Part shown: positions 1 through 10,220 of the stretch, piece by piece
Numbering within the stretch: the stretch's first letter is position 1
Layout: each line of letters starts with the position of its first letter
Assembly: GCF_006345805.1 (NCBI RefSeq)
Contig: NW_021834774.1
Span: 1 to 26,543 of the forward strand
Length of the DNA: 26,543 nucleotides
Source: Octopus sinensis
Lineage: Eukaryota
Direction of reading: 5' to 3'
Position numbers and translations under genes: made by a program
The notes under the pieces: generated by a model
The model's database searches: none
Seen by the model: only the letters and a program-made list of their open reading frames with translations
What the model was told of the DNA's origin: nothing

Positions 1-18
1 TACATGCATACAAAAAAT

Positions 19-126
19 ACCCTGTTGTTAATGTTGAAATTTCAATGAAGGAGGCTTGGATCTAGGTTAGAAACCGGCTCTTTCTCTATTGGCAAATAAA
101 TCTTGAAATAAAATTGAACAATGACA
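19..126 (+). mobile_element. 3' end of a retroposon that runs into a (TACA)n tail
   Basis: Non-simple sequence ending in ...aaattgaacaatgacatac that grades directly into the TACA array; resembles a repeat tail recalled from octopus DNA (unverified). Confidence 0.45.
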
Positions 127-195
127 TACGTACACAACATACATACATACATACATACATGCATACATATATACACACATACATACATACATACA

Positions 196-227
<32 letters not shown>

Positions 228-333
228 CATACATACATATATACATATATACATATATACATAAATACATGCATACATACATGCATACATGCGTACATAC
301 ATACATACATACATACACACATACACACATACA

Positions 334-393
<60 letters not shown>

Positions 394-443
394 CATAAAT
401 ACATGCATACATACATGCATACATGCGTACATGCATACATACA

Positions 444-477
<34 letters not shown>

Positions 478-812
478 CATACATACATACATACATACAT
501 GCGTAACATACATACATACATACATACACACTACACATACATACATCATACATACATACATACATCATTATACATAAATACATGCATACATACTGCATAC
601 ATCGTACATGCATACATACATACATACATACATACATACATACATACACACACACACATACATGCATGCATACATACATCATACATACATACATCATACA
701 TACATACATACATACAACATATATACATACCACATGCATGTAGCATACATACACGCATACATACATACATACATTCATTCATACATAGAGGTACACATGC
801 ATTTGTACATGC
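124..812. repeat. (TACA)n microsatellite array with higher-order repeats
   Basis: About 690 bp of TACA units with a recurring variant block tatacataaatacatgcatacatacatgcatacatgcgtacat. Confidence 0.97.
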
Positions 813-988
813 ATAAATCGCAAGGAATACACAGTATGAGAAAACGTGAGTCGGCTGAAAAGTAAAACGAAATGAAAAAAAAAAGCAGCAAAATTTATAT
901 AGCAAAGATGAAAGGGGAGAACAAAATGAAAAATGGAAATGTAGACAAGAAAACACATTTAAGATATCGTCTAAATTGTATAAGCTTG

Positions 989-1026
989 AATAAATAAATA
1001 AATAAATAAATAAATAATAAATAAAT
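989..1026. repeat. (AAAT)n microsatellite
   Basis: Direct reading of the sequence. Confidence 0.9.
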
Positions 1027-1072
1027 ATTACTATTTTGTATATTTAATACTGTTGCATTCCATAAATAATAA

Positions 1073-1330
1073 TTTCTAATATAAGCAGAAGGCCTATATG
1101 AGAAATTTTGAATTTAGAAATATTTTAATTTTGAGGGCTGAATGATTACTTGATACAATTGAACCTAGTAATTAACTGGCACTGTATTTTATCGACCCCC
1201 ACAAAAAGTGAAAAGCAAATCTGGCTCCAGCTGAATTTCAACTCACAAACTAAAGAATTTGTAGAAATAACACTAGGTATTTTATTTTTCAGTTAATAGT
1301 AATAATAGGACATAAGTTCTGCCTAGCCAT
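1073..1330 (-). mobile_element. Degenerate SINE, family C
   Basis: aactggcact...ttttatcgacccc...gaatttcaactcaca is the reverse complement of the family C body seen at 20691-20923. Confidence 0.6.
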
Positions 1331-1494
1331 TATATATATATACTTCCACATAACAATACAGAGGGAGTTATAAACTCACTCATATGCATATACGCATACA
1401 TGTGTATATATATGTATATATAAATGTATATGTATATATATATATATATACATGCACAAACATTCATATATAAACATTCATATATTAACATTCA

Positions 1495-1860
1495 GGCGCA
1501 GGAATGGCTGTGTGGTAAGTAGCTTGCTAACCAACCACATGGTTCCGGGTTCAGTCCCACTGCGTGGCATCTTGGGCAAGTGTCTTCTGCTATAGCCCCG
1601 GGCCGACCAATGCCTTGTGAGTGGATTTGGTAGACGGAAACTGAAAGAAACCTGTCATATATATGTATATATATATATGTATGTGTGTGTGTTTGTGTGC
1701 TGGTGTGTTTACATCCCCCGTCACTTAGCGGTTCGGCAAAAAGAGACCGATAGAATAAGTACTGGGCTTACAAAGAATAAGTCCCGGGGTCGATTTGCTC
1801 GACTAAAGGCGGTGCTCCAGCATGGCCGCAGTCAAATGACTGAAACAAGTAAAAGAAAGA
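1495..1860 (+). mobile_element. tRNA-derived SINE, family A (near full length)
   Basis: Pol III A box TGGCTGTGTGG (1505-1515) and B box GGTTCAGTCCC (1548-1558), internal (TA)/(TG) tract, 3' end gctccagcatggccgcagtcaaatgactgaaac plus A-rich tail; multiple homologues in this window. Confidence 0.92.
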
Positions 1861-1888
1861 AAGAAAAAATATATACATACATAGACAG

Positions 1889-1919
<31 letters not shown>

Positions 1920-2616
1920 AGACTAATTCACAACTCAGGATATTTGTTACACAGGTTCTATGTCGAACCATTGCACGCGCACACACACACATACCCATAA
2001 GAAAAAGATATTTGCATAAGAGATTAACATCAACTGCAGTGAATCAAGTACGCAATCAAGTACGCAATCACGACACTGAAGCACAAGACATCTTTGTGCC
2101 TGCGTGTCTGCTACTTGCTAAAGTGTAATATATCTCAGACATGACAGAGTCATTAGCTATGGTCATTACTCTAATATATCTTGCACACCAAGAGCACTGT
2201 ATAAACATGTACTAAACAGAAGACATAATGAGAAAATAATGTGGGACATGTCTGTCCAAGTCAGGGATCATCACAGAAGCGTGGTGTGAGGCGTGAAGCG
2301 TGAGGAGTGCAGGATGTGCGGATCGCACGATGTGGACATTCATCTGTTGGGGAAGACAAACTTATGTCAAAGGTATGTTATATTTACGGAGTTAAGTCAT
2401 TTTGGCTACCACGCTACCTCATAGGGCGGCCGAAGCTACCCCAAATTTACGTTGCACTCTGGAACATCGATCTTAGAATTTTCCTTTTGAATTTTTCTTC
2501 CTTGTTCACATCAAGGATCTAAAAATTTGTTATGTCATTGATACCTTTATTAAATCGTTATGTTCTCGGCCCCCAATTTGTGAGATTTTAAGATAAAAGT
2601 AAAAAGTATAATTTAG

Positions 2617-2985
2617 AAGCGTGGCTGTGTGATGAGATGCTTGCTTCCTAACCACATGGTTTCGGATTCAGAACCACAGTCTGCCATCTTGGACAAATGT
2701 CTTCTACTACAGCCTCGGGCCGACTAAATCCATGTGAATGAATTTCGTAGACGGAATTGAAAGAAGCCCATTGTGTGTGTGTGTGTGTGGGGGGGGGTTG
2801 TGTGTGTGTGTTTGTCACCCAGCACTGCTGTAATCATAGTTGGTGTGTTTACGCCCCTGAATATTTGATGGAATAAGTACTAACCTTAAAAACATAATAA
2901 GCACAAGAGTCGATTAGATCGACTAAAATCATTCAATGTGCCCCAGCATGGCCGCAGTCTAATGACCTAAACAAATAAACGGAAT
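2617..2985 (+). mobile_element. tRNA-derived SINE, family A (diverged copy)
   Basis: Colinear with 1495-1860: gtggctgtgtg...aaccacatggtt...gtagacggaa...ccagcatggccgcagtctaatgac. Confidence 0.88.
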
Positions 2986-3247
2986 AAGGTTATAATGATA
3001 ATTTCTTCGCTCCTTTGTCTAATTACCACCTAAATATTAGGAATATTTGAAGAAAATTACGGAAAATATTCAACGAAAGAAGAATAAAAATTCAGCCATA
3101 TCATATTGATATGATGGAAATATTTGATACCAAATACAAATTACTGTATCGGTATTTGTCAGCAAATTATTGAGTTTTAGCTTTAACATTCCACACGCTT
3201 CCAGATTTAATTCACTTATAATTCATCACCTGTAATACTCAAAATGT

Positions 3248-3474
3248 GGAGGCGCAATGGCCCAGTGGTTAGGGCAGCGGGCTCTTGGTCGGAGGATCGC
3301 GGTTTCGATTCCCAGACCGGGCGTTGTGTGTGTTTATTGAGCGAAAACATCTAAAAGCATCACGAGACTCCGGCGACTCTTGTACTCTTTCGCCCCAACT
3401 TTCTCTCAATCTTTCTTCCTGTTTCCCGACCAGGTGGGGGGAACACTTACGTCACAAAAACTGGGAAACCGGGG
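3248..3474 (+). mobile_element. tRNA-derived SINE, family B
   Basis: A box TGGCCCAGTGG (3258-3268) and B box-like GTTTCGATTCCC (3302-3313), followed by a non-tRNA body; head shared with 4189-4510. Confidence 0.85.
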
Positions 3475-3944
3475 TCAAAATAGTCTCATGTGTTTATTGA
3501 CCCCTTAGAAAGCCATACAGATCCCTCGGAGTCATTACTAACGACCTTGCTGAACCCCTGCCCTACAAAGAGGTACATTGTCTATTTTCCGATCAGCATT
3601 TTCATAACTGGTTATGCTCATATCAGCAAAATGTTAAACAAGTCGTGGCAGTAAAGACTACCCAAAACTCGCGGTCTGCTCAATGGTCTACGCCTACATT
3701 ATGGAATTTCCATGCATTTTCTGGAATAAATTATTAAAAAAATAATTATACTGTCACGTGAATAATGCATATTTTTCAAATGGTTCGCCCGCATATGTAA
3801 GTGTGTGTACGCGTGTACATGCGTACATGTATGTGAGTGTGTGAGTGTGTGTGTATACACATGTATGAGAGTTTATATGTCTGTATTCATAAGTGTGTGA
3901 AACCACACATACACACACACTCACACACACACATATATATATAT

Positions 3945-4145
3945 GTGATCTCTTGAGCACCACCAGCAAAAATATTTTTTTCCTCTGTCTTCCCTTCTCG
4001 GGATCTTTCTTCTCCTTTCCGACGAAGAGCTCCGCTCGAAACGTTAAACCCTCCTTCCCTTCTTTCCTGAGCGTCAAATAATACTTTAATTGTTCCACGT
4101 CCTCGCGTTGTGTTTTTTTTCTGTGTTTTCTTTTTGGATTAACTA
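3945..4145 (+). mobile_element. Penelope-like terminal repeat (pLTR) fragment containing a hammerhead motif
   Basis: Pyrimidine-rich segment with a hammerhead fold at 4016-4048; its 3' half recurs at 8273-8374 and both end in a TA tract. Confidence 0.7.
4016..4048 (+). ncRNA. Minimal type I hammerhead ribozyme motif (U4C variant)
   Basis: ttt-CCGACGA-a-GAGC tcc GCTC-GAA-ACGT-T-aaa: stem I ttt/aaa, stem II GAGC/GCTC, palindromic stem III ACGT, GUU site; core differs from CUGANGA at position 4. Confidence 0.7.
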
Positions 4146-4188
4146 TATATATATAATAACATATAGATACGTGTGTGTGCGTGTGTGA

Positions 4189-4505
4189 AGGCGCATGGAT
4201 AGAGCGTCAGGCTCACAAACAAGAGGTAATAATTTCGATTCCCAGACCGGGCTGTGTGTTGTGTTCTTGAGCAAGACACTTTATTTCACGTTGCTGCAGT
4301 CCACTCAGCTGAGATGCAACGTCACTGATGCCAAGCTGTATCGGCCTTCGCCTTCCCCTTCGATAACATCGGTGGCGTAAAGAGGGGGAAGTGGATACGC
4401 ATGGACGACTGCTGGTCTTCCATAAACGATCTTACCCAGACCTGTGCCTCGGAGGGTAACATTTTAGGTGCAACCCCATGGTCAGTTATGACCGAAGGGT
4501 GTCTT

Positions 4506-4510
<5 letters not shown>
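4189..4510 (+). mobile_element. tRNA-derived SINE, family D
   Basis: tRNA-like head with B box TTCGATTCCC, central block ttgtgttcttgagcaagacact (also near 11248 and, reversed, near 14710), ending in a (TA)n tract. Confidence 0.8.

Positions 4511-4559
<49 letters not shown>
4511..4559. repeat. (TA)n microsatellite
   Basis: Perfect TA run. Confidence 0.97.
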
Positions 4560-4562
<3 letters not shown>

Positions 4563-4649
4563 AGTGATCAACAAACCTATATGAAACGTATAAAAGAATA
4601 AAATAGTATATATAACTTTATCCAAAAGTTGTGACAGCGAAAGTAAAAG

Positions 4650-4691
<42 letters not shown>

Positions 4692-4719
4692 TCATGCAAA
4701 CACACACATACATATACAC

Positions 4720-4825
4720 AGGACATTCTTCTTGCAGTTTCCTCCGAACAAATCCACTCACAAGGCTTTGGTGGACCCGCGGCTATACAAGAAAGCACAA
4801 CCTGGTTGCAAAGCAGCAGGCTCCT
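4720..4825 (-). mobile_element. SINE family A 5' fragment with internal deletion
   Basis: cagtttcc...aaatccactcacaaggctttgg...ggctata is the reverse complement of about 1588-1645. Confidence 0.75.
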
Positions 4826-5080
4826 TATGTGCTTTGACATGTGTGTGTGCGATACACACACACACTCACTCACACTTATAATATCTATATATACGCATAC
4901 ACATACACACCCACACGCACACACACATATATTTATAGATAGATACGATCGGTCTAAGGGGTTATCCTGGCTTTCACGTCCATATAGCGCTTAGCTTTAC
5001 AGTGTTGCTTCAGACCCTTGAACGTACTGGCCTACGGCCTCTCTAGAAAACGGAGGTGGAAAAGACTTCGTTTCTCTATT

Positions 5081-5308
5081 TCAACAACAAAAGATTTGTC
5101 TCTCTTTTACCGGTATTAATTTACCATGATGGAATTTCCTGAAGTGCAAGTAGGGTCCAAATACGTCTAACCTTGTGTTAAGTGTGTTCCCCGGATCGAA
5201 GGAGTCCTTTGATATCCTCGTCTGTTCGGCTATGCACAGTTCACAACGCTTCGTCCTATTTATGTAGGGGCCGGGATATTCTAGGATCTTGTATGTTATT
5301 ACGTGATG
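5081..5308 (-). pseudogene. Penelope-like GIY-YIG endonuclease C-terminal remnant
   Basis: Translation ITYKILEYPGPYINRTKRCELCIAEQTRI...LNTRLDVFGPYLHFRKF matches the PLE endonuclease C-terminus pattern (W.IL....PY....KRC.LC..EK..I......LN.R.E....C.H..KF). Confidence 0.8.
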
Positions 5309-5331
5309 AAAATAAATAAATAAATAAATAA

Positions 5332-5361
<30 letters not shown>

Positions 5362-5366
<5 letters not shown>

Positions 5367-5594
5367 GTAAGAGAGTCCAGTTTGCTGGACATTGTTGTAG
5401 AGCTGAAAAAGAGGTAATTTCTACTCTTCTCCTCTGGAATACCAGAGGGCGCACACACTCCTACCCTGATGTAATCTCCAGGGATACAGGCATCCAGCAA
5501 CAGGACCTCCGTAATGTCATGATGGACCGTGAAGTCTGGCGTAGCATGGTAAATTCCATTGTCTCGACCACGGTCGAACAATGATGATGATGAT
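5362..5594 (+). mobile_element. RTE-clade LINE 3' end (ORF C-terminus, stop at 5582-5584, (TGA)n tail)
   Basis: KRVQFAGHCCR...LLLW...GRTHSYPD.I.RDTG...L...MMDREVWR matches the RTE ORF C-terminal motifs GH..R and DR..WR; trinucleotide tail follows the stop directly. Confidence 0.85.
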
Positions 5595-5624
5595 GTGTGT
5601 GTGTGTTTGTGTGTTTGTGTGTAT

Positions 5625-5909
5625 AAACCAGTTCATCTGGAACCCATCCACGGATTTACAATATAAAATTGTGATGAGCAATAAGTTGGGATCCTACCAA
5701 AATATTACTTGGAGTTCTTCACTAATCTAAGTAATATTGTTAGCCTGGTCTGCCAACAGAGAGCTTATGGAGTATTTAGCCCGGATGATCGTTCTTTATG
5801 TTACTTGTTATGCTTTCCATTTGTTTCTCTCGTTGTTTGCGTATTCAACTCATTTGCTTTCGAATTTCATCTTGTTCAAATGTTTGTGACGTCCTTTACC
5901 CGAATATGC

Positions 5910-5910
<1 letters not shown>
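5625..5910 (+). mobile_element. Probable repeat terminus (PLE-like), containing a 13-bp hairpin at 5701-5738
   Basis: T-rich 3' segment ending in a (TA)n tract like the other pLTR fragments; family identity is from recall only. Confidence 0.4.
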
Positions 5911-5954
<44 letters not shown>

Positions 5955-6022
5955 CTATATATATAATATATGCCGTTGTGTGTGTGCATATATATATGCA
6001 TATATATATAATATATATATAT

Positions 6023-6069
<47 letters not shown>
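5910..6069. repeat. Imperfect (TA)n array
   Basis: Direct reading of the sequence. Confidence 0.95.
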
Positions 6070-6073
<4 letters not shown>

Positions 6074-6117
6074 CACACACAAATACACAGATACATACGC
6101 ACACATACACACATACA

Positions 6118-6180
6118 CCACGTGGTTTCAGGTTCTGTCCCACAGCATGATAGTGGGTTAGTGTCTTCTACTGTAACCAC
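6118..6180 (+). mobile_element. SINE family A head fragment
   Basis: ccacgtggtttcaggttctgtcccacagc...agtgtcttctact aligns to 1535-1595. Confidence 0.65.
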
Positions 6181-6322
6181 GCTCGCTGGTTGCAAAGTAC
6201 GACTTCCCTGGTGGTGTCGTATGCTTACATACGATCTCGAAAGTATGTTATGGTTTCATGACATGTCCTGATATATTTCGCAATCTTAGTAAATAAAAGA
6301 CACATTCATATGCTATTTTACT

Positions 6323-6607
6323 ATGACGGAAGAGATATTTGAGGAAGGATTTTTACAATTATAAATAAGCATTCATAAAAGAAATTCAAAAGAAAAACAA
6401 AAGACAATCTTTGAATTACATCTGGTTTGAAATTGGGGGGAAAAGTTGCGAACTTAATTATAAGATACAGAGTCGTTGGAAGCCTTGTATAAATGGCAGC
6501 AAAATGTGTCACCGCTGATCCTGAGAAACTCATTGGAAACAAGGTTATATTTAAATGCCAAGTTTGAGATGTTTGATCGATAAAAACACGTTGATAATTT
6601 CATATTA
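6323..6607 (+). pseudogene. Decayed Penelope-like GIY-YIG endonuclease (frameshifted)
   Basis: Across frames: MTEEIFEEGF...HKRN / LNYIWFEIGGKSCELNYKIQSRWKPCINGSKMCHR* / EKLI / LNAKFEMFDR*KHVDNF. Motifs are in the correct order for a PLE endonuclease and parallel 5081-5308. Confidence 0.7.
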
Positions 6608-7045
6608 CATAAATACCTACAGCAAAACTGAATAAGACATTGTCTTTATGCAGGTATGAATGGTAGGTGCATAAATGTGGAAGTATCAAATATATATGAA
6701 CTCTTTTTGCCTTCTCCCTATCTTTCTTACCTTCATTATTTGTTATTTTCATCAAACAAAAAGTAAACCGAATGTAATGTTCATTAGAATATATTTCTTC
6801 ATTAATAAACCTTTACAGTCCCAAGACCTTGATGTCAAAGGACATTTCACATTTGTGTTTTCTTATCAATTTGATAAAAAGAGACATTGACTCCAGAATA
6901 CTCAGAATGCACCAAATGGAAGTAAATGGATTGTCGCTTTGTGCTCAAGCACATCACTCTTTGAGACAAGCACAAGCGGAGCGGTAGGATTCCGAGGAGA
7001 GATTTACAACTATACATGTATACACAGAGAAAAAGGGAGATAGCG

Positions 7046-7046
7046 C

Positions 7047-7080
<34 letters not shown>

Positions 7081-7110
7081 TAGATAGATAGATAGATAGA
7101 TAGATAGAGA
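7046..7110. repeat. (GATA)n microsatellite
   Basis: Direct reading of the sequence. Confidence 0.95.
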
Positions 7111-7253
7111 TGGATAAAATATGTACTTATTTACACAAACACATGTAAACATACGCACAAATTTCACATAAGCTTTCTCGTACAAATATATTATGTGAAT
7201 GTGTATATGTGCGCGTTTGTGTGCATGTACAGAGAAACATGTGTGTGTTCGTA

Positions 7254-7258
7254 TATAC

Positions 7259-7302
<44 letters not shown>

Positions 7303-7372
7303 TATATACATACATATATATGTGTGTGTGTGTATATATATATATATACAAATGTATTTATATATATAAAAG
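7254..7372. repeat. Compound (TA)n/(TG)n microsatellite
   Basis: Direct reading of the sequence. Confidence 0.9.
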
Positions 7373-7995
7373 CAGATATATATGTATAAGCAGATATATA
7401 AACGAATACACATAAATACTTGTATATACATATTAAAGTGCAGACCACAATACACACGCACAGATATAAAGTGCAGACTACTATAAAACATAACCACACA
7501 CACACACACACACACATATCAAACCATATACGCATACATACACACATAGATACATAGATGAGTATTACACAAATACATTTATATGTACGTCCGTACATAC
7601 ATATATACATACAGGAAGTAAGTCATAAATACACCAAATGTCAGTGCTGCGACTTCAAAGAGACTGATTAAAAATAAAAACTTCTGTGGGTATTTAGTTT
7701 CTTGTAAGATTGCTAGCGTTTAGGTACTCCTATCTAATTACTGTCTCTCACTTTCCCTCCCTCACCATATCACACTTTCTCTTTTCCTCCGTACCTTACC
7801 CTCTGTCTTTCTGTCACCCACTCCGTCTCCTTCTCTTCTCCCTCTTTGTTTTGCTCTCTCTTTGCCTTTCTCTCATTCTGTCTCTTACTCTCGCTTACAC
7901 TATGATACTATATACCTATCTATCTAATATATCAGTCTCCCGACTTTATCAGTACGTACCACCCTTATTAAAAGGCGTTTCAATCATAGACTATA

Positions 7996-8060
<65 letters not shown>
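7996..8060. repeat. (TG)n microsatellite
   Basis: Direct reading of the sequence. Confidence 0.95.
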
Positions 8061-8061
<1 letters not shown>

Positions 8062-8272
8062 AGTGCACGCGCGCACTTATTTTTGTGTAACCATTTAATA
8101 AAAGTGAAGCGTACTAATAGACAGAATAAATAGCTTAGAGAGGGTTTGATGCTTTCTGAGTGTGTGTACTCACACACACAGACAGACACTTACACACAAA
8201 CACACATGTAGGTCGTTCCAGTAGACTGTTACTCTTGAGTTTCCACGTATATATATATATATATATATATAT

Positions 8273-8374
8273 CCTCCTTCTTTCCTTCCTTTCCTGAACG
8301 TCCAATAACACTAACTTGTTCCATGTCCTCGAGTTGATATGTTTTCTCTTTGTGTTTTCATGTTTTGATTCACT
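8273..8374 (+). mobile_element. Truncated second copy of the pLTR-like repeat at 4050-4145
   Basis: cctccttc...tttcctga(g/a)cgtc.aataa.act....ttgttcca(c/t)gtcctcg aligns with 4050-4145; lacks the hammerhead and sits between two (TA)n tracts. Confidence 0.8.
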
Positions 8375-8554
8375 ATATATATATATATATATATATAGTC
8401 AACGTGTACATTTTTTTTGTCAAGACAACAATTTGCGGGTGATTTGGCTGCTAATTATAGCTAGTCAAACAACCACGTAAAGAATCCCTCGATGCTTCGG
8501 CATTTCTCGGTTTCCTTGTTATTTTGATTGGTGACGCTGGCGCTAGTGCTGGTA

Positions 8555-8640
8555 GTGTTGTTTAGTTCCAATGAAACCTTATGAGTTAGGTTTATGACAC
8601 ATTACATTCCAGCCATGACCATCATTTTTTTTTTTTTACT
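8555..8640 (+). repeat. Old interspersed repeat fragment; reverse-oriented relative at about 9730-10035
   Basis: gttgtttag...cattccagccatgacc resembles the reverse complement of ggtcagtgatggaatg...taaatagcaataacaac. Confidence 0.4.
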
Positions 8641-8787
8641 GACGTAGCATAGTTACGAGGATACAGTCCTATGTCATCTTCGTCTTTTTCTAGTAAGGCG
8701 ATTAGCCGCATTGAGATTTCTCCGTTAATAATTTTGTAATGTTCCAATATTTATTGCTACTCGACGATTTAAATCTTTATTCCGCAG

Positions 8788-8898
8788 ATGAGTCAGACCA
8801 TGGCATTAGTGCATACGGTCTTTATTCAACAAACCCATCGAAAGAAACTCTGTATTCTAGACGTTTCCTCGCCAGGGGTATCAAACATACAGTTCACG
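8788..8898 (+). CDS. Candidate 111-nt internal exon (unknown gene)
   Basis: Acceptor tctttattccgcag|, donor |gtaata, length divisible by 3, two open frames (xESDHGISAYGLYSTNPSKETLYSRRFLARGIKHTVH and MSQTMALVHTVFIQQTHRKKLCILDVSSPGVSNIQFT); no homology recognised. Confidence 0.25.
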
Positions 8899-9770
8899 GT
8901 AATAGTTAGTTTTGCTATCAGTTCAGTACCTTTAATCATAACAATCTTTTATTGATTTGAAATTTTTATATATTCTATAAAATATATGTCGTTAGTATAA
9001 GTTCAGAGTCGGAGTCTGACTAGAGTCGTGATTAAAACCATTTCTGATTTGTTAAATTAGTGCACCTTGAAATTTTATCTCAACCAATGAAAAAGAAGCT
9101 TATGAATCCAAATACAAAAAAACAAAAAAAAAAATTCCCCTTCACCCTGTTTATACACGCCAAATTGAAAAGAACTCTTTCTTCCTTTTTCACTTTTTTT
9201 TTTTCAAATTTTTCTACGTATTTGTCCGAACGGGTTCTGTTGATTATTGACTTGAAGAATATTGAAGGGTTTGCTGCTGCAATAGTGCAAGCTTTCTATC
9301 TCCGTTCTCACTCTAAACGCTCTTACCTGATAGGACTCTGTACATATGCGGATGAATTAATAAGACCGTATGCTTATAAGTATAAATGTGTGTGTGTGCG
9401 TGTGTGAGTGTGTGTATATATATATATATATATACACACACGCGCCTGCCAAGAAATTTTTGAGACACCTCATAATGTTAATAAAGTTATTATCCAATCA
9501 TATGTTCTACATTGCGCATAGGGTTTTTAAGTTTTTAAGTCTGCGAGATCTTGCATTTTTCCATCCGGCTCGCAAAGCCAAACAAGTCTGACACCTTTGG
9601 TACACATGGTTATGCACCAACTACAAACAACAACCAAATCTCACTTCAAATCACAGCTTACAATTTCTTTCAAAAAAAAAAAGAGAGAGAGAGAGAGTGA
9701 GAGATCTTTTGGATGAAGTCGTAAAGGTCAGTGATGGAATGTCTTTTTTTTTTATCATTATAAGTCTTCT

Positions 9771-9981
9771 CTTAAGGCGACGAGTTAGCAGAATCGAGTT
9801 GGACAAAATGCTCAGCAGCATTTCATCCGTCTTACTGTTCTGAGTTCAAATTCTGCAGAGGTCTTCTTTGCTTTCACCCTTTCGAGAGTCTATAAAATAA
9901 GTACCAGTTGAGCATCGGTATCGGTGAAATTGACTAACTCCCTCCCCAAAAATTTCAGGCCTTCTGTCTATAGCAGGAAGG
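9771..9981 (+). mobile_element. SINE family C with 14-bp target-site duplication
   Basis: Homologous to 20691-20860; flanked by exact ATTATAAGTCTTCT at 9757-9770 and 9982-9995. Confidence 0.9.
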
Positions 9982-10220
9982 ATTATAAGTCTTCTTATGC
10001 AATGTTGACATGAAGTTAAATAGCAATAACAACAATTATATTAATGCATAGTATTCAACTTCGTTCACAATCAATGCTTCCCAAACGCTTTTATCTAGGG
10101 CTCCCCGATTTTATGCAAACAATCTGTCAACATACTCCTTTGCTGCGATTGAACAAAAGTAAATACACCATAAAAATTGTAGTTGAACGTTGATTGCAGA
10201 TAAAAGACTATTTGCACATA

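Noticed and set aside
42-956. Long ORFs (up to 230 aa) of MYVC/HTYI repeats, and similar ORFs at 5876-6271, 6847-7610 and 25812-26482
   Set aside because: They are translations of TACA, TA and CA microsatellites, which lack stop codons; no coding signal.
2299-2375. ECRMCGS...LCQ zinc-finger-like peptide
   Set aside because: Too short, the fourth ligand is absent, and there is an in-frame stop just upstream.
3248-3320. tRNA gene-like sequence (also 1495-1560 and 14730-14804)
   Set aside because: No clean cloverleaf or terminator; each continues into a SINE body with multiple copies.
5081-5581. 166-aa minus-strand ORF as a real gene
   Set aside because: A chance fusion of antisense RTE sequence, a CA/TTTA microsatellite and a PLE endonuclease remnant.
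6323-6440. MTEEIFEEGF as a pogo/Tigger DDE transposase motif
   Set aside because: The downstream motifs fit a PLE GIY-YIG endonuclease better and in order.
9320-9345. Strong minus-strand donor CAG|GTAAGA
   Set aside because: No plausible upstream acceptor or exon; isolated donors occur by chance.
9540-9600. hAT-like terminus (similar hints at 3500-3560 and 10071-10110)
   Set aside because: No matching partner TIR or 8-bp TSD found.
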